DNA of 64,000 bases from Steroidobacteraceae bacterium (lineage in GTDB: Bacteria; Pseudomonadota; Gammaproteobacteria; Steroidobacterales; Steroidobacteraceae). This document shows positions 21,061 through 30,203 of this stretch, in pieces. The stretch lies in contig JBQGDL010000006.1 of NCBI GenBank assembly GCA_052039045.1, positions 41,731 through 105,730 on the forward strand, in the 5' to 3' direction. The notes under the pieces were generated by a model that saw nothing but the letters and a program-made list of their open reading frames with translations, was not told the origin of the DNA and ran no database searches. Position numbers and translations under genes: made by a program. Numbering within the stretch: the stretch's first letter is position 1; every line of letters begins with the position of its first letter.

Positions 21061-21849
21061 TTGATCCTGGACTTTTCCTTTGCACTTGTCGTGGCGACGC
21101 TGGTCACCGGCCTGATCTGGGCCGCGGATGCCTGGTACTTCCGACCGATCCGCGTGCAGCGTGCGGGGGCGATCGCGGGCGCCTCACCGCTCAAGGAACC
21201 GGTGGTCGTCGAATACGCGCGGTCGTTCTTCCCGATCATCCTGATCGTGCTCCTGATCCGGTCGTTCCTGTTCGAGCCGTTCCGTATCCCGTCGGACTCG
21301 ATGATGCCGACGCTGCTCGACGGCGACTTCATCTTCGTCAACAAGTTCACCTACGGACTGCGTCTGCCGGTGATCAACACCGAGCTGGTCGACTTCGGTG
21401 AGCCGCGGCGGGGCGACGTCGTCGTCTTTCGCCTGCCATCGGATCCGTCGACAAACTACATCAAGCGGCTGGTGGGCCTGCCGGGCGATCGCATCGCGGT
21501 GCGCGACAGGCGGCTGTACGTCAACGACGAACCGCAGCCGGTGGTGCTCGACGGCAGCTACCAGGGATTCGGTCACACCGGCGCGCAGATCGGCGAGGAG
21601 AAGCTCGCCGGCGTCGTGCACCGCGTGCTGTACATGCCCGAGCGCCCCTCCGTGGACTTCGCGGGCGTGGTACCCGACGGTCACCTGTTCTTCATGGGTG
21701 ACAACCGCGACAACAGCCGCGACAGCCGCTTCCCCGAAGTCGGCTTCGTTCCCGAGGACAACGTGGTCGGCAAGGCCGTGCGCATCTGGCTCAACTGGAA
21801 TCTTCCGAACGCGCCGATCTGGAACCGTATCGGCGACGCGATTCACTGA
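21061..21849 (+). CDS. lepB: Signal peptidase I
   Basis: TTG start with GAGG 7 nt upstream. FRIPSDSMMPTLL (catalytic Ser), GDRIAV, and the FFMGDNRDNSRDSR box. Confidence 0.93.
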   Translation: MILDFSFALVVATLVTGLIWAADAWYFRPIRVQRAGAIAGASPLKEPVVVEYARSFFPIILIVLLIRSFLFEPFRIPSDSMMPTLLDGDFIFVNKFTYGLRLPVINTELVDFGEPRRGDVVVFRLPSDPSTNYIKRLVGLPGDRIAVRDRRLYVNDEPQPVVLDGSYQGFGHTGAQIGEEKLAGVVHRVLYMPERPSVDFAGVVPDGHLFFMGDNRDNSRDSRFPEVGFVPEDNVVGKAVRIWLNWNLPNAPIWNRIGDAIH

Positions 21850-21867
21850 CCCATCCGGAGTCGAAGC

Positions 21868-22233
21868 ATGAAGAATCGTCAACGCGGCATGACCTTCCTG
21901 GGGATCCTGACGATCCTGGTGATTCTCGGGTTCGCGTTCTACATGGCACTCCGTCTCGTCCCCGTCTACCTCGAGTACATGGAAGTTGCACGGGCGTTGA
22001 ACCAGGTTCGCGACGAACACAGCGCGATCCAGACGAGCGCGCAGATGATCCGCAACTCGCTGGAGCGCCGCTGGGACGTCGAGGACATCAAGGGACTGAG
22101 CTGGAAGGACGTCGAGATCAGGAAGACCGCCGATGGCTTCGACGTCCAAGCTGAGTACGACGTGGAGCAGCCGTTCATATCGAACCTGTACCTGCTGGTC
22201 AGGTTCGACAAGACGGTGGTCGTTCCGCAGTGA
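21868..22233 (+). CDS. DUF4845 domain protein
   Basis: 121 aa with a pilin-like N-terminus (RGMTFLGILTILVILGFAF). It occupies the conserved slot between lepB and rnc seen in pseudomonads and xanthomonads. Confidence 0.65.
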   Translation: MKNRQRGMTFLGILTILVILGFAFYMALRLVPVYLEYMEVARALNQVRDEHSAIQTSAQMIRNSLERRWDVEDIKGLSWKDVEIRKTADGFDVQAEYDVEQPFISNLYLLVRFDKTVVVPQ

Positions 22234-22240
22234 TCCGTCC

Positions 22241-22927
22241 GTGCTGACGCCGGACGCCTGGGCGGCAGCACGGCTCGGCCATCGCTTCGCCGATCCCGCC
22301 GTGCTGGCGGCGGCGCTCACGCATCGCAGCGCGGGCAGGACGAACTATGAGCGGCTCGAGTTTCTCGGCGACGCGGTGCTGACCCTGGTGGTGTCGGAGC
22401 TGCTCTATCACGAGTTCGCAGAGGCCGACGAGGGAGATCTGAGCCGTTATCGCGCCACGCTCGTCAGCGGCTCGATGCTGGCCGAGATCGCCACGGCGCT
22501 TGGTGTTGGCGAGCAGCTGCGGCTGGGGGGAGGCGAGCTCAAGTCCGGCGGCTTCCGGCGCGGCTCGATCCTCGCGGACGCGCTGGAAGGCGTCATTGGC
22601 GCGGTCTACCTCGACGGCGGCTTCGAGGCCGCGCGCGGGGTGGTCATGCGGCTGTATGCCGGCCGGCTGCAGAGCCTGCCCATCGCACACGACCTCAAGG
22701 ATGCCAAAACTCGGCTTCAGGAAGAGCTGCAGCGGCGCGGGCTCGCGTTGCCGGCGTATATGGTGGAGGGCGTCAGCGGTGAGCCCCACGAGCAGCGCTT
22801 CGTGGTCGCGTGCGAGGTTTCGGGGCTCGGCCTGCGCACGCTGGGTGAAGGCACCAGCCGCCGGCGCGCGGAGCAGGCGGCGGCACAACGGCTGCTCGAG
22901 TCGCTGGCCGGCAGGGCGGCGTCATGA
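22241..22927 (+). CDS. rnc: Ribonuclease III
   Basis: In-frame GTG at 22241. The RNase III signature is ERLEFLGDAVL, and the dsRBD carries DAKTRLQEELQ...EGTSRRRAEQAAA. Confidence 0.93.
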   Translation: MLTPDAWAAARLGHRFADPAVLAAALTHRSAGRTNYERLEFLGDAVLTLVVSELLYHEFAEADEGDLSRYRATLVSGSMLAEIATALGVGEQLRLGGGELKSGGFRRGSILADALEGVIGAVYLDGGFEAARGVVMRLYAGRLQSLPIAHDLKDAKTRLQEELQRRGLALPAYMVEGVSGEPHEQRFVVACEVSGLGLRTLGEGTSRRRAEQAAAQRLLESLAGRAAS

Positions 22928-23850
22928 GCGGGACGGCGAGCCTCCGGTCAGACCCGCCGAGCCGTTGCGGTTTCGCGGCGCTGGTCGGTCGCCCGAACGT
23001 CGGCAAGTCGACCCTGCTCAACGCGCTGCTCGGACGCAAGCTCTCGATCGTGAGCCCCAAGCCGCAGACCACGCGCAATCGCATCCACGGCGTGCTCACG
23101 CGGCCAGGGCTCCAGATCGTGTTCGTCGATCTGCCGGGTCTGCACGACAATCAGCGCCGTGCGATCAACCGCTGCATGAATCGCACGGCGCTCGCCTCGC
23201 TCGCCGATTCGGACGTGAACGTGTTCGTCATCGAGGCGCTGCGGTTCGGGCCTGCGGACGAGCACGCGCTCGAGCGTCTGCGCGAGGCAGGCCGCCCGGT
23301 GATCCTGCTGATCAACAAGATCGACCGCGTCCGGCCGCGGCAGCGGCTGCTGCCCTTCGTCGCCGACGTCGCCGCACGGTTCGACTTCGCCGAGGTGGTG
23401 CTCGTCTCGGCGCTCAAGCGGGACGGCATCGAGCGCCTGCCCGAGCTAATCGCGAAGTATCTGCCGGAGTCGCCGCTGTTGTATCCGCCGGATCAGGTGA
23501 CCGACGTCAGCGAGCGCTTCATGGCGGCGGAGATCATCCGCGAGAAGCTGACGCTGCGGCTGCAGGACGAGCTTCCGTACGGGCTGTCGGTCGAGATCGA
23601 GAACCTGGCACCCCTGAGCGACGAGCCCGGCAAGCTGCTCGTGCAGGCGGTGATCTGGGTGGAGCGTACGGGTCAGAAAGCCATCGTGATCGGCAAGGGC
23701 GGCGAGCGGCTCAAGGAGATTGGCCGCCTTGCGCGGCTCGATCTGAAGCAGCACTTCGGACAGCCCGTGCACCTCGAACTCTGGGTCAAGGTCAAGGAGG
23801 ACTGGTCCGACAGCGAATCGGCGCTCAGGAGCTTCGGGTACGAGACGTGA
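22924..23850 (+). CDS. era: GTPase Era
   Basis: ATGA overlap with rnc. GRPNVGKSTLLN, DLPG, NKID and a KH domain (IVIGKGGERLKEIG). Confidence 0.95.
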   Translation: MSGTASLRSDPPSRCGFAALVGRPNVGKSTLLNALLGRKLSIVSPKPQTTRNRIHGVLTRPGLQIVFVDLPGLHDNQRRAINRCMNRTALASLADSDVNVFVIEALRFGPADEHALERLREAGRPVILLINKIDRVRPRQRLLPFVADVAARFDFAEVVLVSALKRDGIERLPELIAKYLPESPLLYPPDQVTDVSERFMAAEIIREKLTLRLQDELPYGLSVEIENLAPLSDEPGKLLVQAVIWVERTGQKAIVIGKGGERLKEIGRLARLDLKQHFGQPVHLELWVKVKEDWSDSESALRSFGYET

Positions 23851-24599
23851 GCGGCAGCGCAAGACGTATCCTGCTCGAGCCGGCCTTCCTGCTGCACCAT
23901 CATCCGTGGCGGGATTCGAGCCGCATCCTCGAGCTGCTGACGCAGTCTCACGGTCGGGTGAGCGTTTTTGCGCGCGCCGCGCGACGCAGCGGATCGGCGC
24001 TCGCGCCGGCGTTCCAGCCGTTCGCGGCGCTGCTGGTCAGCTTCAGCCTGCGGGGCGAAGCGGGGCTGCTCACCGGCGTCGAACGCCAGGGCGCGCCCGT
24101 GCCGCCGCTGCCCGGAGAGCGGCTCATGGGCGGGTTCTACGCGAATGAGCTGCTCGTCCGTCTGCTGCCACGCGGCGATCCGCATCCGCGGCTGTTCGCG
24201 GCATACGCGGCACTGGTGGGGGCGCTCTCCGCACGGGAAGCCGACCCGGCGCGCGCGTTGCGGCTCTTCGAGAAGCGGCTGCTCGAGGAGCTCGGTTACG
24301 GGCTCAATCTCGTCACTGAAGTCGGCAGCGGACGGCCCGTCGAGGCGCGACGCAGCTACCGCTATCGCGTGGACAGCGGACCCGAGCTCGTGAATGGAGT
24401 CGCCGAGGGAAGCTTGATATTTTGCGGCAGTTCGCTGCTCGCTCTCGCCGCGGAGACGCTCGACGAGGCGTCGAGCCTTGCCGACGCGCGGCGGCTGCTG
24501 CGGGCGGCGATCGAGCGCGTCCTGGACGGTCGTGAACTGCGTACGCGCCAGGTGGCCGTCGCCATGCGGGCGCTCGGTCGCGACGCGCGGCGGGGGTGA
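23847..24599 (+). CDS. recO: DNA repair protein RecO
   Basis: GTGA overlap with era. [34 protein letters not shown] and [12 protein letters not shown] match RecO. era-recO-pdxJ synteny supports the call. Confidence 0.88.
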   Translation: MSGSARRILLEPAFLLHHHPWRDSSRILELLTQSHGRVSVFARAARRSGSALAPAFQPFAALLVSFSLRGEAGLLTGVERQGAPVPPLPGERLMGGFYANELLVRLLPRGDPHPRLFAAYAALVGALSAREADPARALRLFEKRLLEELGYGLNLVTEVGSGRPVEARRSYRYRVDSGPELVNGVAEGSLIFCGSSLLALAAETLDEASSLADARRLLRAAIERVLDGRELRTRQVAVAMRALGRDARRG

Positions 24600-24612
24600 C
24601 GGGGGCGAAAGC

Positions 24613-25344
24613 ATGCAGGCGATTCATCTCGGAGTGAACATCGATCACGTGGCCACGCTGCGCCAGGTGCGGCGCGCTACGTATCCGGACCCATTGTTTG
24701 CCGCGCTGATCTGCGAGCAGTCGGGCGCCGACAGCATCACGCTGCACCTGCGCGAGGACCGGCGGCACATCCAGGATCACGACGTGCGGCGCATGCGGGC
24801 GGCGCTGCAAACGCGCATGAATCTCGAGCTCGCCGCGACGGACGCGATGCTGCAGCTCGCGCGCGAGATCGCCCCGCAGGACTGCTGCCTGGTGCCGGAG
24901 CGGCGCGAAGAGCTGACCACCGAAGGGGGCCTGGACGCCGCGGCGCAGCTGCCGCGGCTCAAGCGCGTCTGCGGCCAGCTCACGGGCGACGGAATCCGCG
25001 TGTCACTGTTCATCGACCCCGACGTGCGTCAGCTGGAGGCTGCGCTCGCAGCGGGCGCCGGCGTGGTGGAGCTGCATACCGGCGCCTACGCGGACGCCAG
25101 GGGCGAGCGCCAGGCGGTCGAGTTCGCACGCATCGCGGAGGCGGCCCGCCTCGGCGCTTCGCTCGGGCTCACCATTCATGCCGGCCACGGTCTCAACTAT
25201 CACAACGTACAGCCGATTGCGGCCATCGGGGAGATCGTCGAGCTCAATATCGGCCACGCGATCGTGGCGCGCGCGATCGCGGCCGGAATCGGCGCGGCGG
25301 TTGCCGACATGAAGGCGCTGATGCTCGCGGCGCGCAGCCCTTAG
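24613..25344 (+). CDS. pdxJ: Pyridoxine 5-prime-phosphate synthase
   Basis: [14 protein letters not shown]....[15 protein letters not shown] and ELHTGAY motifs. Confidence 0.95.
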   Translation: MQAIHLGVNIDHVATLRQVRRATYPDPLFAALICEQSGADSITLHLREDRRHIQDHDVRRMRAALQTRMNLELAATDAMLQLAREIAPQDCCLVPERREELTTEGGLDAAAQLPRLKRVCGQLTGDGIRVSLFIDPDVRQLEAALAAGAGVVELHTGAYADARGERQAVEFARIAEAARLGASLGLTIHAGHGLNYHNVQPIAAIGEIVELNIGHAIVARAIAAGIGAAVADMKALMLAARSP

Positions 25345-25374
25345 CACAGGCATGAACCCTCCGGCAGATCTCAG

Positions 25375-25487
25375 GTGGCTTGCCCGGGAGGCATGTCTTC
25401 CGGACCGCCGTGAACCCGTCCCCGGGGGCTTCGTGAAAAACGTCCTGTTTTTCACGATCCGTAAGACGTGCCTCCCGGGCCAGCCAC
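25375..25487. repeat. Long imperfect inverted repeat with a nested hairpin in the pdxJ-acpS spacer (candidate structured RNA or REP/MITE-like element)
   Basis: 25375-25399 pairs with 25463-25487 over 25 positions (23 Watson-Crick, 1 G-U, 1 mismatch). Four more pairs follow (25401-25404 with 25458-25461). The inner perfect 10-bp hairpin is 25432-25441 with 25447-25456. Confidence 0.6.
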
Positions 25488-25518
25488 GCCTGTCAGTGTC
25501 TGACGGTCGGGCATTCTC

Positions 25519-25914
25519 ATGATCTTCGGCATCGGCACCGACGCGGTGCAGCTCTCGCGGGTGGAAGCGGTCTATGCCCGGCACGGCGAGCATTTCGTCC
25601 GCCGGCTGCTGCTGCCGGAGGAAGAGCGGGCGTTCCGCGGCTACCGCCGCCCGGTGCGCTTCCTGGCGATGCGCTTCGCCGCAAAGGAAGCGATCGTCAA
25701 AGCGCTCGGCACGGGTTTCGGGCACGGCATGTGGATCCGCGACTGCGGGATCGTGCCGAATTCCTGGGGCCGTCCGGAGGTGATATGGTCCGAGCGCGGC
25801 CTCCAGCGCCGGGACGAGCTGGGCGCGGGGGAAGGTCACGTGACGCTGACTGACGAAGCGGGCCTCGTCATCGCGGTCGCCGTGCTGATGCGTCGCATAG
25901 GGAGCGCCGCATGA
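25519..25914 (+). CDS. acpS: Holo-[acyl-carrier-protein] synthase
   Basis: MIFGIGTDAV...RFAAKEAIVKALGTG is the AcpS pattern. Last gene of the rnc-era-recO-pdxJ-acpS block. Confidence 0.9.
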   Translation: MIFGIGTDAVQLSRVEAVYARHGEHFVRRLLLPEEERAFRGYRRPVRFLAMRFAAKEAIVKALGTGFGHGMWIRDCGIVPNSWGRPEVIWSERGLQRRDELGAGEGHVTLTDEAGLVIAVAVLMRRIGSAA

Positions 25915-26693
25915 GCCTCGGTCAGGTGTTTGCCTTCGATATCGAGACGGTCCCGGACGTGGAGTTCGGCCGGCGCCTGCACGGGCTGGAGGGCTTGTCG
26001 GACAAGCAGGTCGGCTACGTGATGCAGACCCGCCAGCGCGAGCTCACCGGCTCGGAGTTCCTGTCGCTCGAGCAACAGCGGGTCGTGGCCATCTCGGTCG
26101 CGATGCGCACCCGCGATGGATTCCACGCCTGGAGCCTTGGCGAGGTCGACACGCCGGAAGGCGAGCTCGTGCAGCGCTTCTTCGACGGCATCGGCCGCTA
26201 CACGCCGGTTCTCGTCAGCTGGAACGGCAGTGCTTTCGACCTTCCGGTTCTGACCTACCGTGCACTGCGTCACCAGGTGCAGGCCGCGCGCTACTGGGAG
26301 ACCGGCGACGAGGACCAGAGCTTCCGCTTCAACAACTACCTCGGCCGGTATCACTGGCGGCACATCGATCTGATGGACGTCCTGTCCGGCTACCAGGGAC
26401 GCGCACGGGTCGGGCTCGACCGTATGGCGCAGCTGCTCGGTCTGCCCGGCAAGCTCGGCATGTCGGGCGAGGGCGTGTGGGAAGCGTGGCTCGCAGGGCG
26501 CGCCGGCGAGATCCGCGACTACTGCGAGACCGACGCCGTCAACACCTATCTCATCTACTTGCGGTTCGAGCTGCTGCGCGGGCGGCTCACGCGCGAGGAG
26601 CACGCGCGCGAATGCGGGCTCGTACGCGCGTGGCTTTCGGCGAGCGGCAAGGCCCATCTCACCCGTTTCTGCAAGGCCTGGCCGCAGCCATGA
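25911..26693 (+). CDS. Predicted 3-prime-5-prime exonuclease, PolB-exonuclease-like (RNase H fold)
   Basis: FAFDIETVPD (Exo I-like DxE), VSWNGSAFDLPVL (Exo II-like) and DYCETDAVNTYLIYLRF (Exo III-like). ATGA overlap with acpS. Confidence 0.72.
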   Translation: MSLGQVFAFDIETVPDVEFGRRLHGLEGLSDKQVGYVMQTRQRELTGSEFLSLEQQRVVAISVAMRTRDGFHAWSLGEVDTPEGELVQRFFDGIGRYTPVLVSWNGSAFDLPVLTYRALRHQVQAARYWETGDEDQSFRFNNYLGRYHWRHIDLMDVLSGYQGRARVGLDRMAQLLGLPGKLGMSGEGVWEAWLAGRAGEIRDYCETDAVNTYLIYLRFELLRGRLTREEHARECGLVRAWLSASGKAHLTRFCKAWPQP

Positions 26694-28015
26694 GGGGCCG
26701 CCGCCTCGACGCCGCGCCGGAGGAGGCGCGGATCGTCGATCTCAGCCACGATGGCCGCGGGGTCGCGCGCCTCGACGGCAAGACGGTGTTCGTCGCGGAC
26801 ACGCTGCCTGGCGAGCGCGTGACGCTCAAACGCACGAGACGCCATCGCAGTTTCGACGAGGGGGAACTGGTCGCCGTGCTCGAGGCCAGTCCGCAGCGCG
26901 TCGCACCGCAATGCGCACACTTCGGTACCTGCGGTGGTTGTGCGCTGCAGCACATTGCGAGCCCCGCGCAGATCGCGTTCAAGCAGGAGCAGCTGCTCGC
27001 GAGCCTGGAACGTATCGGCAAGGTCGCGCCGCGCGAGCTCCTGCCGCCGCTGACGGGCGAGCCGTGGCGCTATCGCCGCCGCGCCAGGCTCGGCGTCCGC
27101 TACGTCGCGCGCAAGGGGCGCGTGCTGGTCGGCTTCCGCGAGCGTTCCGCGCCGTACGTCGCCGATCTGCACGAGTGCCCCGTGCTCGCGGAGCCTGCTG
27201 GCGAGCTGATCGATCCCCTCGCGCAGCTGGTGCAGTCGTTGTCGATCGCCGAACGGATACCGCAGATCGAGATCGCGATCGCAGAGAACGCGTGCGCGCT
27301 GGTGCTGCGCGTGCTGGCGGCGCCCACCCCGGACGACCTCGAGTGCCTGGTGCGATTCGAACGCGAGCACGGCGTGCGCTTGTACCTGCAGAGCGGCGGG
27401 CTTTCGACCGTGACGCCCCTTTCGGGGCAGGGCGGCGCACTACGCTACTCGCTGCCCGACTTCGACCTGCAGCTCGAGTACGGGCCGACAGACTTCGTGC
27501 AGGTGAACGCCTCCCTCAACGCACGGATGGTTGCCCGTGCCGTGGCGCAACTCGCGCCATCGCCGACCGCCACCGTGCTCGACTTGTACTGCGGCATCGG
27601 CAATTTCTCGCTGGCGCTCGCCCGGCATGCCGGCAGGGTGGTTGGCGTAGAGGGGGATCCGGCGCTGGTCGCACGAGCCCGCGGCAACGCCGCATTGAAC
27701 AGAATCGGGAACGCCGAATTCCACACGGCCGACCTGACCGCCGCCGGAGCCGATCTGCCCTGGGCTGCGGCTCGCTACGATGGCGTGCTCCTCGACCCGC
27801 CGCGGGCCGGCGCCAGGGAGATTCTGCCGCTCGTCGCCCGCTGTGATGCGAGCTGCGTCGTGTATATCTCCTGTCACGCTGGCAGTCTGGCGCGGGATGC
27901 TGGCATTCTCGTCCTCGAACACGGGTTTGCGCTGGCCTCGGCCGGCGTCATTGACATGTTTCCGCACACGACGCACGTCGAAGCTATGGCTGTCTTTGTG
28001 AGGCAGGTCACGTAA
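26690..28015 (+). CDS. rlmD: 23S rRNA (uracil1939-C5)-methyltransferase RlmD
   Basis: TRAM domain (DGRGVARLDGKTVFV), 4Fe-4S Cys motif CAHFGTCGGCALQH...C, SAM motif LDLYCGIGNFSL and catalytic YISCH. Confidence 0.9.
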   Translation: MRGRRLDAAPEEARIVDLSHDGRGVARLDGKTVFVADTLPGERVTLKRTRRHRSFDEGELVAVLEASPQRVAPQCAHFGTCGGCALQHIASPAQIAFKQEQLLASLERIGKVAPRELLPPLTGEPWRYRRRARLGVRYVARKGRVLVGFRERSAPYVADLHECPVLAEPAGELIDPLAQLVQSLSIAERIPQIEIAIAENACALVLRVLAAPTPDDLECLVRFEREHGVRLYLQSGGLSTVTPLSGQGGALRYSLPDFDLQLEYGPTDFVQVNASLNARMVARAVAQLAPSPTATVLDLYCGIGNFSLALARHAGRVVGVEGDPALVARARGNAALNRIGNAEFHTADLTAAGADLPWAAARYDGVLLDPPRAGAREILPLVARCDASCVVYISCHAGSLARDAGILVLEHGFALASAGVIDMFPHTTHVEAMAVFVRQVT

Positions 28016-29058
28016 TGACCCTCGGGCCGGTCATGGTCGATGTCGCCGGGACCTCGCTCAGCGCCGAGGATCGCCGCGTGCTCGCCCATCCGCTGGTCGG
28101 CGCGGTGATCCTGTTCGCGCGAAACTTCGCCGGCGTCGGCCAGCTCGAGGAGCTGGTGCGCGAGGTCCGGGCGGTGCGTGCTCCGCCGCTGCTCGTCGCG
28201 GTCGACCAGGAGGGCGGCCGGGTGCAGCGCTTCCGCGCCGGATTCACTGAATTGCCGCCGCAGCGCCTGATCGGCCGCATGTACGACCTCGATCCCGAGG
28301 CAGGGCGGCGCCTCGCCGGCCAATGCGGCTGGCTGCTTGCCGCCGAGCTGCGCGCGGTCGGCGTGGATCTGAGCTTCACCCCCTGCGTCGATCTCGACTA
28401 CGGCGTGAGCGAAGTGATCGGCGACCGCGCCTATCATCGCGACCCGGAGGTCGTCGCGCGGCTGGCGGTGTCCGCGATGCAGGGCATGCGCGAAGCCGGC
28501 ATGGCTGCCACCGCCAAACATTTCCCCGGCCACGGAGCGGTCGTAGCCGACTCGCATCATGCGCTGCCGGTCGATCGCCGGCCGATCGAGGAGCTCGGTG
28601 ACGACCTGATCCCGTATCGCCGCATGATCGCGAACGGGCTGTCCTCGATCATGGTTTCGCACGTGTCCTTCCCCGAGGTCGACGACGCACCCGCCAGCCT
28701 CTCGCGCCGCTGGATTCAGCGCGAGCTGCGCGGCGAGCTCGGCTTCACCGGCGCCGTGTTCAGCGACGATCTCAGCATGGGCGGGGTGGCTGACGTGGGC
28801 TCCGTGCCGGAGCGCGCGCGGCGCGCCCTCGCCGCCGGTTGCGACGTGCTCGCAATCTGCAACGACCGCGGGGGCGTGCTCGATACGCTCGAAGAGCTCG
28901 CGGGCGAGGCTGACCCGGTGAGCCAGGTGCGGCTCGTGCGCCTGCACGGCCGTCCCGTACCGGCGCGGAACCAGCTGGCTGCCACGCCTCGCTGGCAGGA
29001 ATGTCGCAGCGCCATCGATCACTGCCGCGATGCGCCAGAGTTGCGCCTCGACGCCTGA
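28015..29058 (+). CDS. nagZ: Beta-N-acetylhexosaminidase NagZ
   Basis: VILFARNF, VAVDQEGGRVQRF, the catalytic region KHFPGHGAVVADSH, and FSDDLSM. Confidence 0.93.
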   Translation: MTLGPVMVDVAGTSLSAEDRRVLAHPLVGAVILFARNFAGVGQLEELVREVRAVRAPPLLVAVDQEGGRVQRFRAGFTELPPQRLIGRMYDLDPEAGRRLAGQCGWLLAAELRAVGVDLSFTPCVDLDYGVSEVIGDRAYHRDPEVVARLAVSAMQGMREAGMAATAKHFPGHGAVVADSHHALPVDRRPIEELGDDLIPYRRMIANGLSSIMVSHVSFPEVDDAPASLSRRWIQRELRGELGFTGAVFSDDLSMGGVADVGSVPERARRALAAGCDVLAICNDRGGVLDTLEELAGEADPVSQVRLVRLHGRPVPARNQLAATPRWQECRSAIDHCRDAPELRLDA

Positions 29059-29064
29059 GCAGTC

Positions 29065-29937
29065 ATGCCCATCCCGATGAGCGCCATGGACAACGATCTG
29101 CTCGTGGAGGTCCTGCGGCATGCCCCGGATGCGGTGGCGGTGGTGGAGGGCACTGAGGCGGGTGGCCGGATCCTCTATGCGAATGCGACGCTCGCGCTGC
29201 TGCTGCAGCGGCCGGATGAGTGGCCGCTCGGCCGCAACCTCGGCGAGATAGAGAGCAACGGCTCCTGTGGCGCGGCGAAGGTGAGCAGCGCCCCGGTGTC
29301 GCTCGTGTGCGCCGACGGCACGCGGATCGGTTGCGAGCGCTTCGAGTCCCAGCTCACCGGGGACCGGCGCGTCGTCTTCTACCGGCCGATGCCGAAGCTC
29401 GCCTTCGAGGCGAGCCAGGCACTGCCGGGTCTCGCCGGCAGCAGTACCGGTCTCGCCACCCGCGAGCACCTGATGGAGGTCCTGCGTCGCGACTGGTCGC
29501 TCGCGCAGCGCGATTCCGGACGGATCACGGTGATGCGCTTCGATCTCGACGCGTTCCGCAGCTACATCGAGATCTTCGGACGGATGGCGGCAGATAACGT
29601 GCTGCGACAGGTGGGCAAGACCATCGGTTCCGCGATGCGGCGGGCGAGCGACGTGGTCGCCCGCTTCGACGACGACGAGTTCGTCGTGCTCGGCATCGCC
29701 ATGGAGCCGCCGAACGCCACGCTGCATGCGGAGCAGATACTGGCGCGGGTGCGTGCGCTTGCGGTGCATCACCCGCGCTCGCCGACCGGTCGCTACCTCA
29801 CGATGAGCTGCGGCATCGTTACGGGCGTTCCGGCCCGCGGCTCGGACTGTGACTCCATACTAGAGGCGGCGGCCCGCGCGCTGATCAAAGCCAAGGCCGA
29901 CGGCGGGAACCGCGTCGTCGGCGGCGAGCTGAAGTAG
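29065..29937 (+). CDS. PAS-GGDEF domain protein with degenerate active site (DDDEF) and retained RxxD I-site
   Basis: N-terminal PAS-like region (VLRHAPDAVAVVE...ILYANATLALLL). The GGDEF domain reads RITVMRFDLDAFRSYIEIFGRMAADNVL...MRRASDVVARFDDDEFVVL. GG is replaced by DD at 29668-29673, and RASD lies at 29641-29652. Confidence 0.8.
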   Translation: MPIPMSAMDNDLLVEVLRHAPDAVAVVEGTEAGGRILYANATLALLLQRPDEWPLGRNLGEIESNGSCGAAKVSSAPVSLVCADGTRIGCERFESQLTGDRRVVFYRPMPKLAFEASQALPGLAGSSTGLATREHLMEVLRRDWSLAQRDSGRITVMRFDLDAFRSYIEIFGRMAADNVLRQVGKTIGSAMRRASDVVARFDDDEFVVLGIAMEPPNATLHAEQILARVRALAVHHPRSPTGRYLTMSCGIVTGVPARGSDCDSILEAAARALIKAKADGGNRVVGGELK

Positions 29938-30203
29938 ATCAGCGGCCGGAGACGCTTCGCCACCCGGCCGGCGCCCACGTGGCATCGCGCCGTCTCCGGT
30001 GGTTCGTCGCGGCTGGTTTGTCGCTGCTAGGCCATTGGTGGCCGGAACTGCCCTCCAGCGGACGGATCGCAGCTCTGACGGCGTAGGGCTCGTCCGATGA
30101 CGTTGCACGGACAGACTGCTGCTGCGGGGAATAGGAGATGGTGCCTTAGCACGATCGTCCAGCTGCTGTTTAGGCACTTCGGTTTGTCGAATAATTGAGA
30201 GCG

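Noticed and set aside
21026-21064. 12-codon mini-ORF (MNNTRARSRGDA) ending across the lepB TTG start, considered as a leader peptide
   Set aside because: It has no RBS and is too short to evaluate. The lepA-lepB spacer is ordinary in length.
22500-23846. Upstream part of the 699-aa ORF 22500-24599, which would extend RecO by about 450 residues
   Set aside because: This stretch overlaps rnc and era in an alternative frame and translates to low-complexity sequence. RecO homology begins at the GTG at 23847, which overlaps the era stop. The same logic applies to ORF 32646-35108 (true amidohydrolase start 34101), ORF 12524-14698 (sdhA start 12914), ORF 5610-8264 (recJ start 6504) and ORF 7868-9418 (prfB).
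30100-30203. Possible frameshifted N-terminus of the GYD gene (AGGAG-ATG at about 30134-30140 and an off-frame peptide ..STIVQLLFRHFGLSNN)
   Set aside because: The AGGAG abuts the ATG with no spacer, and that frame stops after three codons. The resemblance of the off-frame peptide to the GYD N-terminal strand is too weak to claim a pseudogene.
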